Source of the DNA: a virus
Taxonomy: Duplodnaviria > Caudoviricetes
Reading direction: 5' to 3' (one strand)
Length of the DNA: 41,439 nt
IMG/VR virus record: IMGVR_UViG_3300048575_000492
Span: 1 to 41,439 of that record
Shown: positions 26,248 through 34,684 of the stretch, in pieces
Position numbering within the stretch: the first letter of the stretch is position 1
Layout: each line of letters starts with the position of its first letter
The notes under the pieces: generated by a model
The model's input: only the letters and a program-made list of their open reading frames with translations
Database searches by the model: none
What the model was told of the DNA's origin: nothing
Translations under genes and position numbers: made by a program

Positions 26248-26267
26248 CGCAAATGCGTTGGGGCGGC
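26248..26267 (-). promoter_or_regulatory. Candidate late-activator (C/Mor) binding dyad upstream of the lysis operon
   Basis: CGCAAATGCGTTGGGGCGGC, matching CGCATATGCGTCAGGGGCGGC at 18127-18147. Confidence 0.6.
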
Positions 26268-26287
26268 ACCGTTGTCGGAACCGCCCC

Positions 26288-26665
26288 TCAGAAAAGCTCT
26301 ATCTGCCGTATATCCGGACTTCGTCGTCGGCCGCCTGGCGTGGCCTTCAATTGTCGCGCCACTGTCGCAACATCGACATGCAGCCGCCTCGCGATCTCCT
26401 GTTGTGCGGTCCCGTTCTTGTATAGAACCTGAGCGACATAGGGCTTCGCGAGGGGTACTTTGATCTTGCCGCTGCCCAATGCCTGCCCCAAAGCGGCAGC
26501 CCGGTCAATCCCGACGATCTCCGACAGGGCGGAGGTGCGGGGCGCATAGGCAAGATCGATCAGCGACCCGCCCAGGGCAAGAAACACCTTCACGGCCAGA
26601 TCCTCGCCGAGGACGGCTACCCAGGTCGCAGCGTGCGCTGGTGGCAGGATGCGGTCGTCCATCAC
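26288..26665 (-). CDS. Mor/C-family late transcription activator
   Basis: LALGGS, IVG..A, IKVP and a C-terminal HTH (QEIARRLHVDVATV); directly precedes the lysis cassette as Mu C does. Confidence 0.85.
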   Translation of the reverse strand: MMDDRILPPAHAATWVAVLGEDLAVKVFLALGGSLIDLAYAPRTSALSEIVGIDRAAALGQALGSGKIKVPLAKPYVAQVLYKNGTAQQEIARRLHVDVATVARQLKATPGGRRRSPDIRQIELF

Positions 26666-26931
26666 GGCGCGACCTCATTCGTCGGCACCGCCGCCAGCTC
26701 CCAGCGGCGATAGATCATCTGGTCCGGCCCAACGACAGTCACCAGCGTCCGGCCTTGAAAGAGATACTTGCCGTCATCCCGCTTGACGACGAAGCGGGGC
26801 CCGAGCGTCGCACCCATCGTGGCGAGGGGCCCAATGTCGGCCAGCAGCTGCGCGCGCATTCCCTCGATGTCGAGCCCATGCACGCGCTCCAGCCAGCGAA
26901 GAACGGCATGATCAGTGATGCGAATGGTCAT
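26662..26931 (-). CDS. Hypothetical protein (ITDHAVLRWLER motif)
   Basis: 89 aa, ATGA-coupled; start MTIRIT. Confidence 0.75.
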   Translation of the reverse strand: MTIRITDHAVLRWLERVHGLDIEGMRAQLLADIGPLATMGATLGPRFVVKRDDGKYLFQGRTLVTVVGPDQMIYRRWELAAVPTNEVAP

Positions 26932-27155
26932 AGCGTCTCGCCCTTCGCCTTGGTGATGTAGCCGGGGAGCTTGGTAATTTGGCTGGCCAGGCGCCGGGCC
27001 TGATCCTTCGACACTCGATGCATGGTGCGCCGGCGCTGTGGCTCGTCCTCGAAATAAATGTAAGCGAGGGTCTGGCCGAAAGCGTCTCGGACCTCGAAGC
27101 TTTCGCGGTTTTCGACCACTGTCCACGGCGTCGGCATCCGTTCAGGTTCAGCCAT
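26928..27155 (-). CDS. Hypothetical protein
   Basis: 75 aa coupled to both neighbours; PW.V.E...F.V.DA.G..LAY.YF pattern. Confidence 0.75.
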   Translation of the reverse strand: MAEPERMPTPWTVVENRESFEVRDAFGQTLAYIYFEDEPQRRRTMHRVSKDQARRLASQITKLPGYITKAKGETL

Positions 27156-27849
27156 GTTTTGCCTCCAGGAGTTTTGGACCTTCGCTTAGCTGTGCCGCAC
27201 CATGCGCACCGGATTTGACACCATGGCCGAGCGTGACGTCGCCGGCGGCGGCCCAGCCCTCGTATCGAGCATCCCCAAACGTACCCTTTGCCTGTGCCGG
27301 TGAAACGCTGCGCGTTTGCGGATAGGCAATCGCCATCGCACGCCGCGCCTTGGCGGCCACCACGTCAGAGTGGGTGCCTCCGAACACGTCGCGAATACGG
27401 CGAGACAGGCGGGCGATCATTCCTTCGGTGAAATCGGCGACCGCTTCCCGCCTAGTCCGGTCCGACCGACGTGCGCGATAGAGGCGACCCTCCTTGAATG
27501 TGCGGATGCCTCGATCGAGCGCCCGGTTGCAAACGGTCCAGATGTAGGCGGCAATCTCCGGCCCGGGAGCGACGCCGAAAAAATCGATTTCGCCGTCGCC
27601 GAAGACAGCGCTGGTATTCGTCACATAGAGAATGGAGGCGGCGAGCTGATCCCTGACGCTGGATCCTCGCGTCTTCGACTTGGCCTTAGCGCTTTCGGTC
27701 TCCAACTCCACGTCGGAAACCCCGTACTCGCGCATCAGTTCGGCCGCCTTGGCCGCAGCGGCCATCGCTTCGTCCTCGGTGCAGCCGCGCGCAGAAGTCA
27801 TCTCGCGAAGCGCGCGGATCTTGGCTTTGAGTTTGTCGCGGTCAAGCAT
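27148..27849 (-). CDS. DUF2786-domain protein
   Basis: KIRAL......T..EA.AA..KA.ELM..Y N-terminal signature. Confidence 0.85.
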   Translation of the reverse strand: MLDRDKLKAKIRALREMTSARGCTEDEAMAAAAKAAELMREYGVSDVELETESAKAKSKTRGSSVRDQLAASILYVTNTSAVFGDGEIDFFGVAPGPEIAAYIWTVCNRALDRGIRTFKEGRLYRARRSDRTRREAVADFTEGMIARLSRRIRDVFGGTHSDVVAAKARRAMAIAYPQTRSVSPAQAKGTFGDARYEGWAAAGDVTLGHGVKSGAHGAAQLSEGPKLLEAKHG

Positions 27850-28153
27850 CTGTGGACTCCATCGCTTTGCGGGCCGCCTCTGCCGCCACGGCCGGCGCTG
27901 CCAAGATGGCCTCGCGGTCGGCCGCGGGCAGGCCGATGAACGCGGCGATCGCCGCCTCGTTGTCCATCAGCCAATTGAAGGTTCCGATCACCGCGGCCGA
28001 GTAGGTCTCGAGCAGCGTTGCCTCGTCCTGTTTCATCTGCCGCCGCGCCACGAGGTCCTTGTTCACGCGCGTCATCAGGTTGGCCATGCGGTTCACATGG
28101 CCGCGCCTGGTGGTCAGCGACACCGTAGGTTTGGGCGCGTGCCATTCAGCCAT
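27842..28153 (-). CDS. Hypothetical protein
   Basis: 103-aa helical ORF overlapping both neighbours by 8 nt. Confidence 0.7.
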   Translation of the reverse strand: MAEWHAPKPTVSLTTRRGHVNRMANLMTRVNKDLVARRQMKQDEATLLETYSAAVIGTFNWLMDNEAAIAAFIGLPAADREAILAAPAVAAEAARKAMESTDA

Positions 28154-28784
28154 GTTGGGCCTCCTGCGCCTTTCGCACCCGGTACTTGAGCTTGGCGATC
28201 GCCATGACGGCGGGCTTCAGCTCCGGCGCCGCCTGGTCGTACTTGACAGTCGAGCGTCCGCCGAGCATCGGCAGCATGGAGCGCGGAATCGGTTCCCAGT
28301 TGGACGGATCGGTGTTCAGCCTGTCGCTGTCGATGCACTTCAGGCACATGCCCTCTGGCACCGGCCCATTGGCCTTTTCCCAAAGCCAGACGTGCTTGAG
28401 GACGTAGCGACTCTCATAACCGGTGTGCGGGTTGGTTTCGGCGATCGAGATCTCGACATAGCCATCCACGGACACCCGCTCGTGGCCGAGATATTTGGTG
28501 TTGTGCGGCAGCTGCCCCTTCTTGAACTGGGTGCGCGCACTGTTGGCATTGAAGGGCATCTTCTTGCCCTTGTTCGGCGGCACGTTGCCCGGCTGCAATC
28601 GGCCATCTCGCCCTGTCAGCCAGCCCTTCCGCTTGCAAAGAGCCGTCAGGTTGGTGAGCGATACGTCTGGGCGGCCGAAAGTCGCGCAGAATTGCGCATG
28701 AGCGTCGCGCCTGGGCAGCGTGCAATGCGCCTCGATCCAGGCGAGCTCGTAGGTGCTGTAGGAGATCCGCGCGCCCTTAGTCAT
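28146..28784 (-). CDS. HNH endonuclease
   Basis: PPNKGK, FKKG..PHN, KH..LWE..NGPVP.G and D....N...SN motifs. Confidence 0.85.
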   Translation of the reverse strand: MTKGARISYSTYELAWIEAHCTLPRRDAHAQFCATFGRPDVSLTNLTALCKRKGWLTGRDGRLQPGNVPPNKGKKMPFNANSARTQFKKGQLPHNTKYLGHERVSVDGYVEISIAETNPHTGYESRYVLKHVWLWEKANGPVPEGMCLKCIDSDRLNTDPSNWEPIPRSMLPMLGGRSTVKYDQAAPELKPAVMAIAKLKYRVRKAQEAQHG

Positions 28785-29019
28785 CGGTCTTGCTTTCGAG
28801 CAGCGGCAGCGTCGGAACGAAGCGCGCGCCGTGCGTAACCGCCAGCGCCGCCGCCTTCAGCGAAACGTCGGCATTGCGGACGATCTGCTCGCTTACCTTC
28901 ACGATGGCCTCGGTCCGCGACACCTCGGCGGCAAGCTTCTCGTCGGTCAAACTCTCGTCGGACAGCCGTTCGAGCTGGGCAAACAAATGGTTGTTGAGGT
29001 CGATGAGCTTGTTCTTCAT
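28777..29019 (-). CDS. Conserved phage protein typically found upstream of HNH genes
   Basis: MKNKLIDLNNHLFAQLERL signature. Confidence 0.8.
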   Translation of the reverse strand: MKNKLIDLNNHLFAQLERLSDESLTDEKLAAEVSRTEAIVKVSEQIVRNADVSLKAAALAVTHGARFVPTLPLLESKTDD

Positions 29020-29021
29020 GG

Positions 29022-29204
29022 TCAGATCACCTTCCTGCGCTTGAGCGGCGTCTGGAGTTTCTTCAGCGAGGATTCCGCAACAGGCTTGATGAGCTTCGCT
29101 CTCGCATCGGCCCCGTCAGCAACGAGCGGCAATACGAGAACCTCCATCATGACGTAGAGAACGCCCGCTTCTTTCTCGCTGAGGCGAAGGACGATATCGC
29201 GCAT
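29022..29204 (-). CDS. Hypothetical protein
   Basis: 60-aa ORF that fills the operon gap exactly. Confidence 0.6.
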   Translation of the reverse strand: MRDIVLRLSEKEAGVLYVMMEVLVLPLVADGADARAKLIKPVAESSLKKLQTPLKRRKVI

Positions 29205-29206
29205 GG

Positions 29207-29875
29207 TCAGACCCCCTTCAGGTTACGGATCAGCGCGCCAAGGTGGTTCATGGCCTGGCGCCAAAGGGCCTGGGATGCCGTATGGAAGGCGAAGTCTTCG
29301 TCGAGTGTGGCTGCCAGGAACGCCTCGACGGCAGGGAACAGGCTCCACCTGGGCTCCGGCCGCTTCCGGTCGAGAGCGCAGAGAATGCGCCATTGAGCCA
29401 TCACGACGCGATATTGCGGGCTGTTGTACCAAGCAGGTGCAGTTTTCGCGGCCGTCCAGTCGACGTCGGCCTCGCGTGCCATCCAGCCCTTCAATGCCTC
29501 GATCGCCTTGGCGGCGTCCTCGGCATCCTGCACCCACCGCACGTGGTCGATGCCCGTTTGACGGCGCACAAAGGCGATTAGCGCTGCGTCGTCGCGATCG
29601 CGAACGATACCGAGGTTCCAGGCCCCGATCCAAAGCGCCTGCAACTTGCCGGCATAAGGCCCTTCGAGCTTCAATCGGCCATTTGGGCGGCGCGCCGGCG
29701 AGGAACCTTTCAAGCTGTCCAGCTCGGAGTTCGCCTGCACGACAGTCAGCTGTTTGGTGGACGTCACGCCATAGCGCTCACCGAGGCGGGCGTGCCAGGC
29801 ATCGTTGTCGATGCCGGCTTTGCGCCTGGTGGCTTGCAGGGCGCGGATCTGGTCGGTGGTGATGAGCGCGGTCAT
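29207..29875 (-). CDS. gemA: GemA / Mu gp16 (DUF1018) family protein
   Basis: R..AGID...R..L...G..S.K.L, KLQALW, AL.AFVRRQTG and IEALKGW motifs. Confidence 0.85.
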   Translation of the reverse strand: MTALITTDQIRALQATRRKAGIDNDAWHARLGERYGVTSTKQLTVVQANSELDSLKGSSPARRPNGRLKLEGPYAGKLQALWIGAWNLGIVRDRDDAALIAFVRRQTGIDHVRWVQDAEDAAKAIEALKGWMAREADVDWTAAKTAPAWYNSPQYRVVMAQWRILCALDRKRPEPRWSLFPAVEAFLAATLDEDFAFHTASQALWRQAMNHLGALIRNLKGV

Positions 29876-30219
29876 GATGCCTCTCCGTCGTCGAGCACCG
29901 CGTCGACCATGTCATCGCGGGCGACGATCTCGATGAGGTCGCGGATGAGCTGGTCGACGGTGGTGGCGCGCCGGGCCGCATGGGGCCGGAGCGCCGCATA
30001 GTCCCAATAGGGCACGATCACCGGGCGCCCGATCTGCTCGCCGGATTTCGCGGGTGACGCCCGACGCTGGGCTGCCGAGGATTCGAGCGCCGCAACCGTC
30101 TTGGGCTCGATGCCGATGCGGGCAGCGATGGCAGCCGTCGACAGGCCGTCCGCACGTAGGGCGGCGACAGCGTCGGTGCGACTGGCATAGCCGAGGGAAG
30201 GCTTGGGCGCGCCCATCAT
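29872..30219 (-). CDS. HTH DNA-binding protein
   Basis: LRADGLSTAAIAARIGIEPKTV helix-turn-helix; C-terminal DMVDAVLDD. Confidence 0.75.
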   Translation of the reverse strand: MMGAPKPSLGYASRTDAVAALRADGLSTAAIAARIGIEPKTVAALESSAAQRRASPAKSGEQIGRPVIVPYWDYAALRPHAARRATTVDQLIRDLIEIVARDDMVDAVLDDGEAS

Positions 30220-30461
30220 GCCGCCTCAAGGCACTTGAGGAGCCAGCGCCGAAACCGGCGGACAGCTTCGAGGGCGGCGAGATCGTCCTTGGCCTCAGGC
30301 ACTCCCGGTACGAGCAGCGTCTCGCCGTCGTAAGCGTGACGCGCCGTTGCGCTGATTTGACGCCGCAACTCCCGGCCCGGTACGTCAGCGATCTCGATCG
30401 CGCCTCGGGGGGTATACCGCCCGAGTTCGATTTTCCCGGTCCGCCAGCAATAGGCCTTCAT
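30216..30461 (-). CDS. Conserved small Mu-like phage protein (often labelled host nuclease inhibitor)
   Basis: AYCWRTG.IE.G...P.GAI.IA..LLVPGVPEA pattern. Confidence 0.7.
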   Translation of the reverse strand: MKAYCWRTGKIELGRYTPRGAIEIADVPGRELRRQISATARHAYDGETLLVPGVPEAKDDLAALEAVRRFRRWLLKCLEAA

Positions 30462-30651
30462 CGTTCGTCTCCTCTGTCATGATCGCCAGCGTCAGCCGGG
30501 CGATCCGTCGGCGGATGCGCTCCTGGTGGAGGGAGCGCACGCGTGGACGGACCTGTCGCAGGAGCGTCTCGCGCTCCATCCGGAGGAGGTCCCGCCGCGT
30601 CGGCGGCGGGTCCTCAGCTTCGGGTGGGAGAGAGCGGCTCGCGAAGGTCAC
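30385..30651 (-). CDS. Hypothetical Arg-rich protein
   Basis: GTG start at a GTGA overlap; fills the gap between neighbours, with a 77-nt overlap at its 3' end. Confidence 0.55.
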   Translation of the reverse strand: MTFASRSLPPEAEDPPPTRRDLLRMERETLLRQVRPRVRSLHQERIRRRIARLTLAIMTEETNDEGLLLADRENRTRAVYPPRRDRDR

Positions 30652-30899
30652 AGCCCAATCTCCTCTCCGGCAGCCTTCATCTCGGTGATCCAGGCGGCAA
30701 GGTCGGTGGCGAGCTGATCGAGGTTGCGGCCCGTCTCCTCGGCAATCTGTTCGACCTCGTCGACAGTGCCGGGTTCGATCTCGCCCCAGATACTGGCGAT
30801 ATCGGCCAGGGCGACCTTGACGTCCTCGATCCGGCGCCTCGTCCGCTGGAAAGCCAGCGAGGGCGTCCATCTCGACATGGGCGGATAGCTTTTGCTCAT
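30648..30899 (-). CDS. Hypothetical protein
   Basis: 83-aa helical ORF, ATGA-coupled. Confidence 0.7.
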   Translation of the reverse strand: MSKSYPPMSRWTPSLAFQRTRRRIEDVKVALADIASIWGEIEPGTVDEVEQIAEETGRNLDQLATDLAAWITEMKAAGEEIGL

Positions 30900-31111
30900 G
30901 ACAGCGCCCTCTCCATGTCGCGGGCGACGGCCCAGAGATTGAGGGTCGGTACGCCACCGAGGCCGGCCCCCATGAATTGGGCGACGTCCGGGCCGAGGAC
31001 CGGCTGCAGCTCGCGCTCGCCATCGCGGACGACAACCTCAAAATCGCCGCGGTGGAGCACGTCGGCGAGGATTGCCTCAAGGCGCTCGGCAGTGATGGAC
31101 GGGGCGCTCAT
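30896..31111 (-). CDS. Hypothetical protein
   Basis: 71-aa ORF, ATGA-coupled on both sides. Confidence 0.7.
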   Translation of the reverse strand: MSAPSITAERLEAILADVLHRGDFEVVVRDGERELQPVLGPDVAQFMGAGLGGVPTLNLWAVARDMERALS

Positions 31112-31242
31112 GCCAGCCCCCGTCCGATCAGCAGGCCGGCTGCGAGGCCGATCAGGCCGCCGCTCAGTGCGGCGACCAGGGCGAGGATGATGCCGTCGCC
31201 CCGGCGCGGCGGATCGATCGGCTCGACGTCAGGCGGCAGCAT
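31108..31242 (-). CDS. Small single-TM protein (44 aa), not in the ORF track
   Basis: MLPPDVEPIDPPRRGDGIILALVAALSGGLIGLAAGLLIGRGLA; RBS GGAGG; its TGA overlaps the next ATG. Confidence 0.7.
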   Translation of the reverse strand: MLPPDVEPIDPPRRGDGIILALVAALSGGLIGLAAGLLIGRGLA

Positions 31243-31480
31243 CGGCGCCTCCCTCGGTGGTAAGGACCGGCTCGGGCTCGTAACGGACGCCGCAGAAAGG
31301 GCAGTACTTGGCCATCATCGTCGACGGCTTGCCCCTCCGCATCTCCGGCTTGCCGGAGTCCTTGCGGTAGATCGGCACGCATATCCGGGTGACCAGGTCA
31401 TTCCCCCTGAGGAGGATCGCCGGCCGGATTTCCTGGTCGGGTCCGATCAGCCGATTGATGTCGTCGATGCAGTCACACAT
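31229..31480 (-). CDS. Small Cys-rich (zinc-binding) hypothetical protein
   Basis: MCDC..YCPFCG motifs. Confidence 0.75.
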   Translation of the reverse strand: MCDCIDDINRLIGPDQEIRPAILLRGNDLVTRICVPIYRKDSGKPEMRRGKPSTMMAKYCPFCGVRYEPEPVLTTEGGADAAA

Positions 31481-32009
31481 CGGCGCCTCCCGACAGCGGG
31501 CTGGTCAGTGGCTCGACGATGAAATCCTCGCCGTCGGAGCCGATCGACACACCGGGCACGCTGCGGGCGATGTCCGCCTCGCGCAGCATTGCCTCCTTGT
31601 CGACCTCCTCCTTGGTCCGGACAAACCGGGCAAGGCCGAGGGTCCGGAGCGTGTCGAGGATCACGTCGGCGCCGCGGATCGACACCTTGGCCGGCCGGAA
31701 CCGCCAGGAAATCTTGCCCGTACCGAGGTCGGCAAACTTGACGCGGCCGCCATCAGTAAGGGCGTTGCGATTGGCCTCGGCCCAGATGCGGAGCCCTTCG
31801 ACGATCTCCGCGGCCTCGGCCTGCAGAGGGCTGGACTTGCCCTCGGCGACTTCCTTTAGGGTTGTGACTTTGTCGTCCAGGCCGGCCTGGATGCGGCCGA
31901 TCTCACGCTGCAGAAGGCCGTAGCGGGAAAGGCTCTGCTGCGCCTCCTCGCGGCTCTGCGGCACGGGAATATTGGCGCCGCGCGTAGTCTGGCGGGCGGA
32001 TTTAGCCAT
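31473..32009 (-). CDS. gam: Gam host-nuclease inhibitor (DNA end-binding, Ku-like)
   Basis: WAEANR..LT..G..K...L.TG.ISWR.RP, FVRTKEEVDKEA and EDFIVEP motifs. Confidence 0.93.
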   Translation of the reverse strand: MAKSARQTTRGANIPVPQSREEAQQSLSRYGLLQREIGRIQAGLDDKVTTLKEVAEGKSSPLQAEAAEIVEGLRIWAEANRNALTDGGRVKFADLGTGKISWRFRPAKVSIRGADVILDTLRTLGLARFVRTKEEVDKEAMLREADIARSVPGVSIGSDGEDFIVEPLTSPLSGGADV

Positions 32010-32712
32010 GGAGGGTCTCCTTTCGAGGGGCGTTCGAAGCGGGGTTGAAAACGGCGGGAGCAGCGAGATCGAGGTAGGCTTCTTGCAGCTCCTTGATCGC
32101 GGCGGTCAGAATGGTCGTGGCGGCTGCCTCGCCTCGGCCGTAACGGGCGATCTGAAGATCTCGTTGGGCTCTGACGACGCGGCGAGCCGCGCCGATGAGC
32201 GCATCAGCGCCAGGCAGTACAGGAACCGCAAGCACCGCCGTTGGTTGGTTGTTGTCGGGTTCCGGATCTGCTTCTCTTTCGATGACAAAGGCAGCCAGGC
32301 AGCGGATTTCCGCGAACGTGATGCGGGATACGCCATGGTCTGTCATGGCGCGGCCGGCAATTTCCAGCGGATCGAGTTCGTCATCGTCGATCGATAAGCC
32401 TTCCATCGCGCGACGCGTGGAGACGAGCACCAGATCGATCTCCTCCATCTCGCGATCCATGCCCACGTCCGCGATCTCGGCCTCGATCTTGTTCACCCCG
32501 TGAAGGATGCTGGTGTGATCGCGCCCGGCAAAACGGCGGGCGATTTCTGGATAGGACAGATGCGAGCAATGGCGCCTTGCCATCCACATCGCGATGTGTC
32601 GGGCGCGAACGAGGCTTTGCTGCCGATGCGGACTCAGTATGTCCCGGACGCTGACGCCGGTCACGTCGGAGACGGCCCGCAGCACGGATTTGACGGAAAG
32701 ACGGCCGCTCAT
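32002..32712 (-). CDS. Protein with a DnaA C-terminal (domain IV)-like HTH
   Basis: RARHIAMW.AR....LSYPEIARRFAGRDHTSILHG signature. Confidence 0.88.
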   Translation of the reverse strand: MSGRLSVKSVLRAVSDVTGVSVRDILSPHRQQSLVRARHIAMWMARRHCSHLSYPEIARRFAGRDHTSILHGVNKIEAEIADVGMDREMEEIDLVLVSTRRAMEGLSIDDDELDPLEIAGRAMTDHGVSRITFAEIRCLAAFVIEREADPEPDNNQPTAVLAVPVLPGADALIGAARRVVRAQRDLQIARYGRGEAAATTILTAAIKELQEAYLDLAAPAVFNPASNAPRKETLHG

Positions 32713-32957
32713 GATATCCCCCCAACGATCTCGACCGGCACGGTGCGGGTGTATTCGTCGGCGCGCAGGGTGATGATCTCGCCCACCGACTTGCGCAGAG
32801 TCACGCCTTCCAACCGCTCAGCGGCCGTGGCGTAGACGGTGAGCAGCGAAACCAGTTGGCGAACCGTCGCCGCCGGAAGTTCGGCACCTGTCTCGCAGTG
32901 GGGCGCGAACTGATCGCGCACCTGGCGCAGGCATTCGGAAAGTTTCAGTTCGATCAC
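32709..32957 (-). CDS. Hypothetical protein
   Basis: GTG start at a GTGA overlap with the upstream gene. Confidence 0.65.
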   Translation of the reverse strand: MIELKLSECLRQVRDQFAPHCETGAELPAATVRQLVSLLTVYATAAERLEGVTLRKSVGEIITLRADEYTRTVPVEIVGGIS

Positions 32958-33355
32958 GGCTGTTCTCCCTCGATGGTGGCGTTCGGACACCCGTTTCTGC
33001 AGGCGTGATAGAGCCGGACCGACGTCGGGGACGCGGTCGAGAGCGGCGTCCGCTGATGCTTGATGCAGACCTCGCGGCCGATCTCCTGATGCAGCGCCGG
33101 ACAGGTCACCGTGACGCCCATCAGCGCGCCACGAACGGCCTCGCGGACGCGGTCCGGCTTGGCGCCGTAGGTTCCGGAAAGCACTTGCGACAGCGTGCCG
33201 GCGGAGACCTTGATCCGCAGCGCCAGGGCGTTGAGCCCGACCCGGCCGGCCTCCTCGGCGAGCACGAGCAGCCAGTCTTCTGGCTCGGCGATGCGGGCGC
33301 GCAGCGCGCTCACAAAGTCAGTCCTAGACCGTCCGGGAATGGGGCCGCGGTTCAT
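32954..33355 (-). CDS. HTH transcriptional regulator with Cys-rich C-terminus
   Basis: LALRIKVSAGTLSQVLSGTY HTH; CPAL..C..C..CP. Confidence 0.8.
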   Translation of the reverse strand: MNRGPIPGRSRTDFVSALRARIAEPEDWLLVLAEEAGRVGLNALALRIKVSAGTLSQVLSGTYGAKPDRVREAVRGALMGVTVTCPALHQEIGREVCIKHQRTPLSTASPTSVRLYHACRNGCPNATIEGEQP

Positions 33356-33930
33356 GGCGCACCCCCGATCGGATAGGTGCTGCCGGTGTTGCGGTCATAG
33401 ACCTCGGCCGCCTTGGCCTTGTAGACCGGCGCGGCCGGGCCGCTGTTGCGGATCAGCAGCCAGCGGCAGATGCCGTTGGACGTCGGAGCTGTGCCGGCCT
33501 CAGCCCTGAGGCGGGACAGAAAGCCCGTCTTTTCCAGGGCACCGACGTAGCGCTGTGCGTTGTCGCGCGTGGCACCGGCCAGCGTCTCCAGGTCGGCGAT
33601 CCGGAACTTCCTGAGCGTCCGCATCGTCGCCCACATCCGGTCGCGCACCGTCTGGCGGCGCGGCCGGCGCGGCTCGGCTTGGGTGAGTGGCCTGGTCGGG
33701 CCGCTGGAAATGACCTCGCCGGCGGCGACCGCCTTTTCGCCGATCGCCGACAGCTCGAAGCAGCCGCGCTCCCGCCGCACGATCCAGCCGCGCGACACCA
33801 GGCTGCAGCAGGCCTTGGCGACGTCCCGGTCGCCGAGACCGGTCATCTCGGCCAGGGCGGCCGTCGTCAGGCATGCGCCGCCCGTCAGCGCCTCCACCAC
33901 CGGCATCTGGCGTGTCGATTGTCCGGGCAT
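33352..33930 (-). CDS. Tandem winged-helix protein following MuB
   Basis: Two wHTH-like segments; MW..MR.LR.F and GP.AP motifs seen after MuB in B3/Mu-like phages. Confidence 0.75.
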   Translation of the reverse strand: MPGQSTRQMPVVEALTGGACLTTAALAEMTGLGDRDVAKACCSLVSRGWIVRRERGCFELSAIGEKAVAAGEVISSGPTRPLTQAEPRRPRRQTVRDRMWATMRTLRKFRIADLETLAGATRDNAQRYVGALEKTGFLSRLRAEAGTAPTSNGICRWLLIRNSGPAAPVYKAKAAEVYDRNTGSTYPIGGAP

Positions 33931-33931
33931 G

Positions 33932-34684
33932 TCAGCCTCGCACCATGAACGCGTGGCCGGTCGAGCGCTGGACGAGCAGCTCCTGGCCCGCCATGTCGGC
34001 GATCGTCACGGGATGGTCCAGGCGCTTGCCGGTGCGCTCGATCGACGCCAGGCCGGTCAATACCTCGCGGGCATAGCCTTCGGCCTTGTCGTGCAGCAGC
34101 TGCAGCAGCTCGCCGTCGACCGGTACCTCGCAGCGCTGCTCGACCAAGGCCCGCGTGTCGGCAAGCGTCAGCGGCTTGAATTCGACGTGGGATTCGGCGC
34201 GGCTGGCGATCTGCGGGAACCGTTTGATCCCGGCCGATATGCGGCCCATGCCGATCAGCAGGATGGGCACCTCGACCAGGTCGGAAATGTCGCGCAGCGT
34301 CTCCATAAGGGCTGACGAGGTCACGACATGGTCCGCCTCGTCGACGATGATGGCGAACGGCTTCTCCTCGACACCGGCGATGGCCGAGCGCTTGCCCATG
34401 GCCTCTATCACCTGCTGGAAGATCTTCTCGTAGGAGTGCAACGGCGCCGTCTGTACCGTCTCGAGCAGCTCGCGCAGCATCCAGGAGGGCCGCCACTCGC
34501 GCTTGGCGCGGACGAATGGCAGGCCGTTGGAGATGGCAAACCATTGAGCGGTGGTTGTCTTGCCATAGCCGGGCTTGCCATCCACCACCATGAAGCAGTT
34601 CTCGGCGGCGCCGCGCCGCTCTACGACTTCGTATCCGCTCATGAACGCGGCCGTGTTGGACGTCCGCACGAAGGTATTTTTCAC
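33932..34684 (-). CDS. MuB-like transposition ATPase
   Basis: Walker A GKPGYGKT, Walker B IIVDEAD, LRDISD, ILLIGM; GTG start at a GTGA overlap with the transposase. Confidence 0.95.
   Translation of the reverse strand: MKNTFVRTSNTAAFMSGYEVVERRGAAENCFMVVDGKPGYGKTTTAQWFAISNGLPFVRAKREWRPSWMLRELLETVQTAPLHSYEKIFQQVIEAMGKRSAIAGVEEKPFAIIVDEADHVVTSSALMETLRDISDLVEVPILLIGMGRISAGIKRFPQIASRAESHVEFKPLTLADTRALVEQRCEVPVDGELLQLLHDKAEGYAREVLTGLASIERTGKRLDHPVTIADMAGQELLVQRSTGHAFMVRG

Noticed and set aside
28146-28784. HNH gene as an intron- or intein-associated homing element
   Set aside because: It is free-standing, coupled to its neighbours and does not interrupt any gene.
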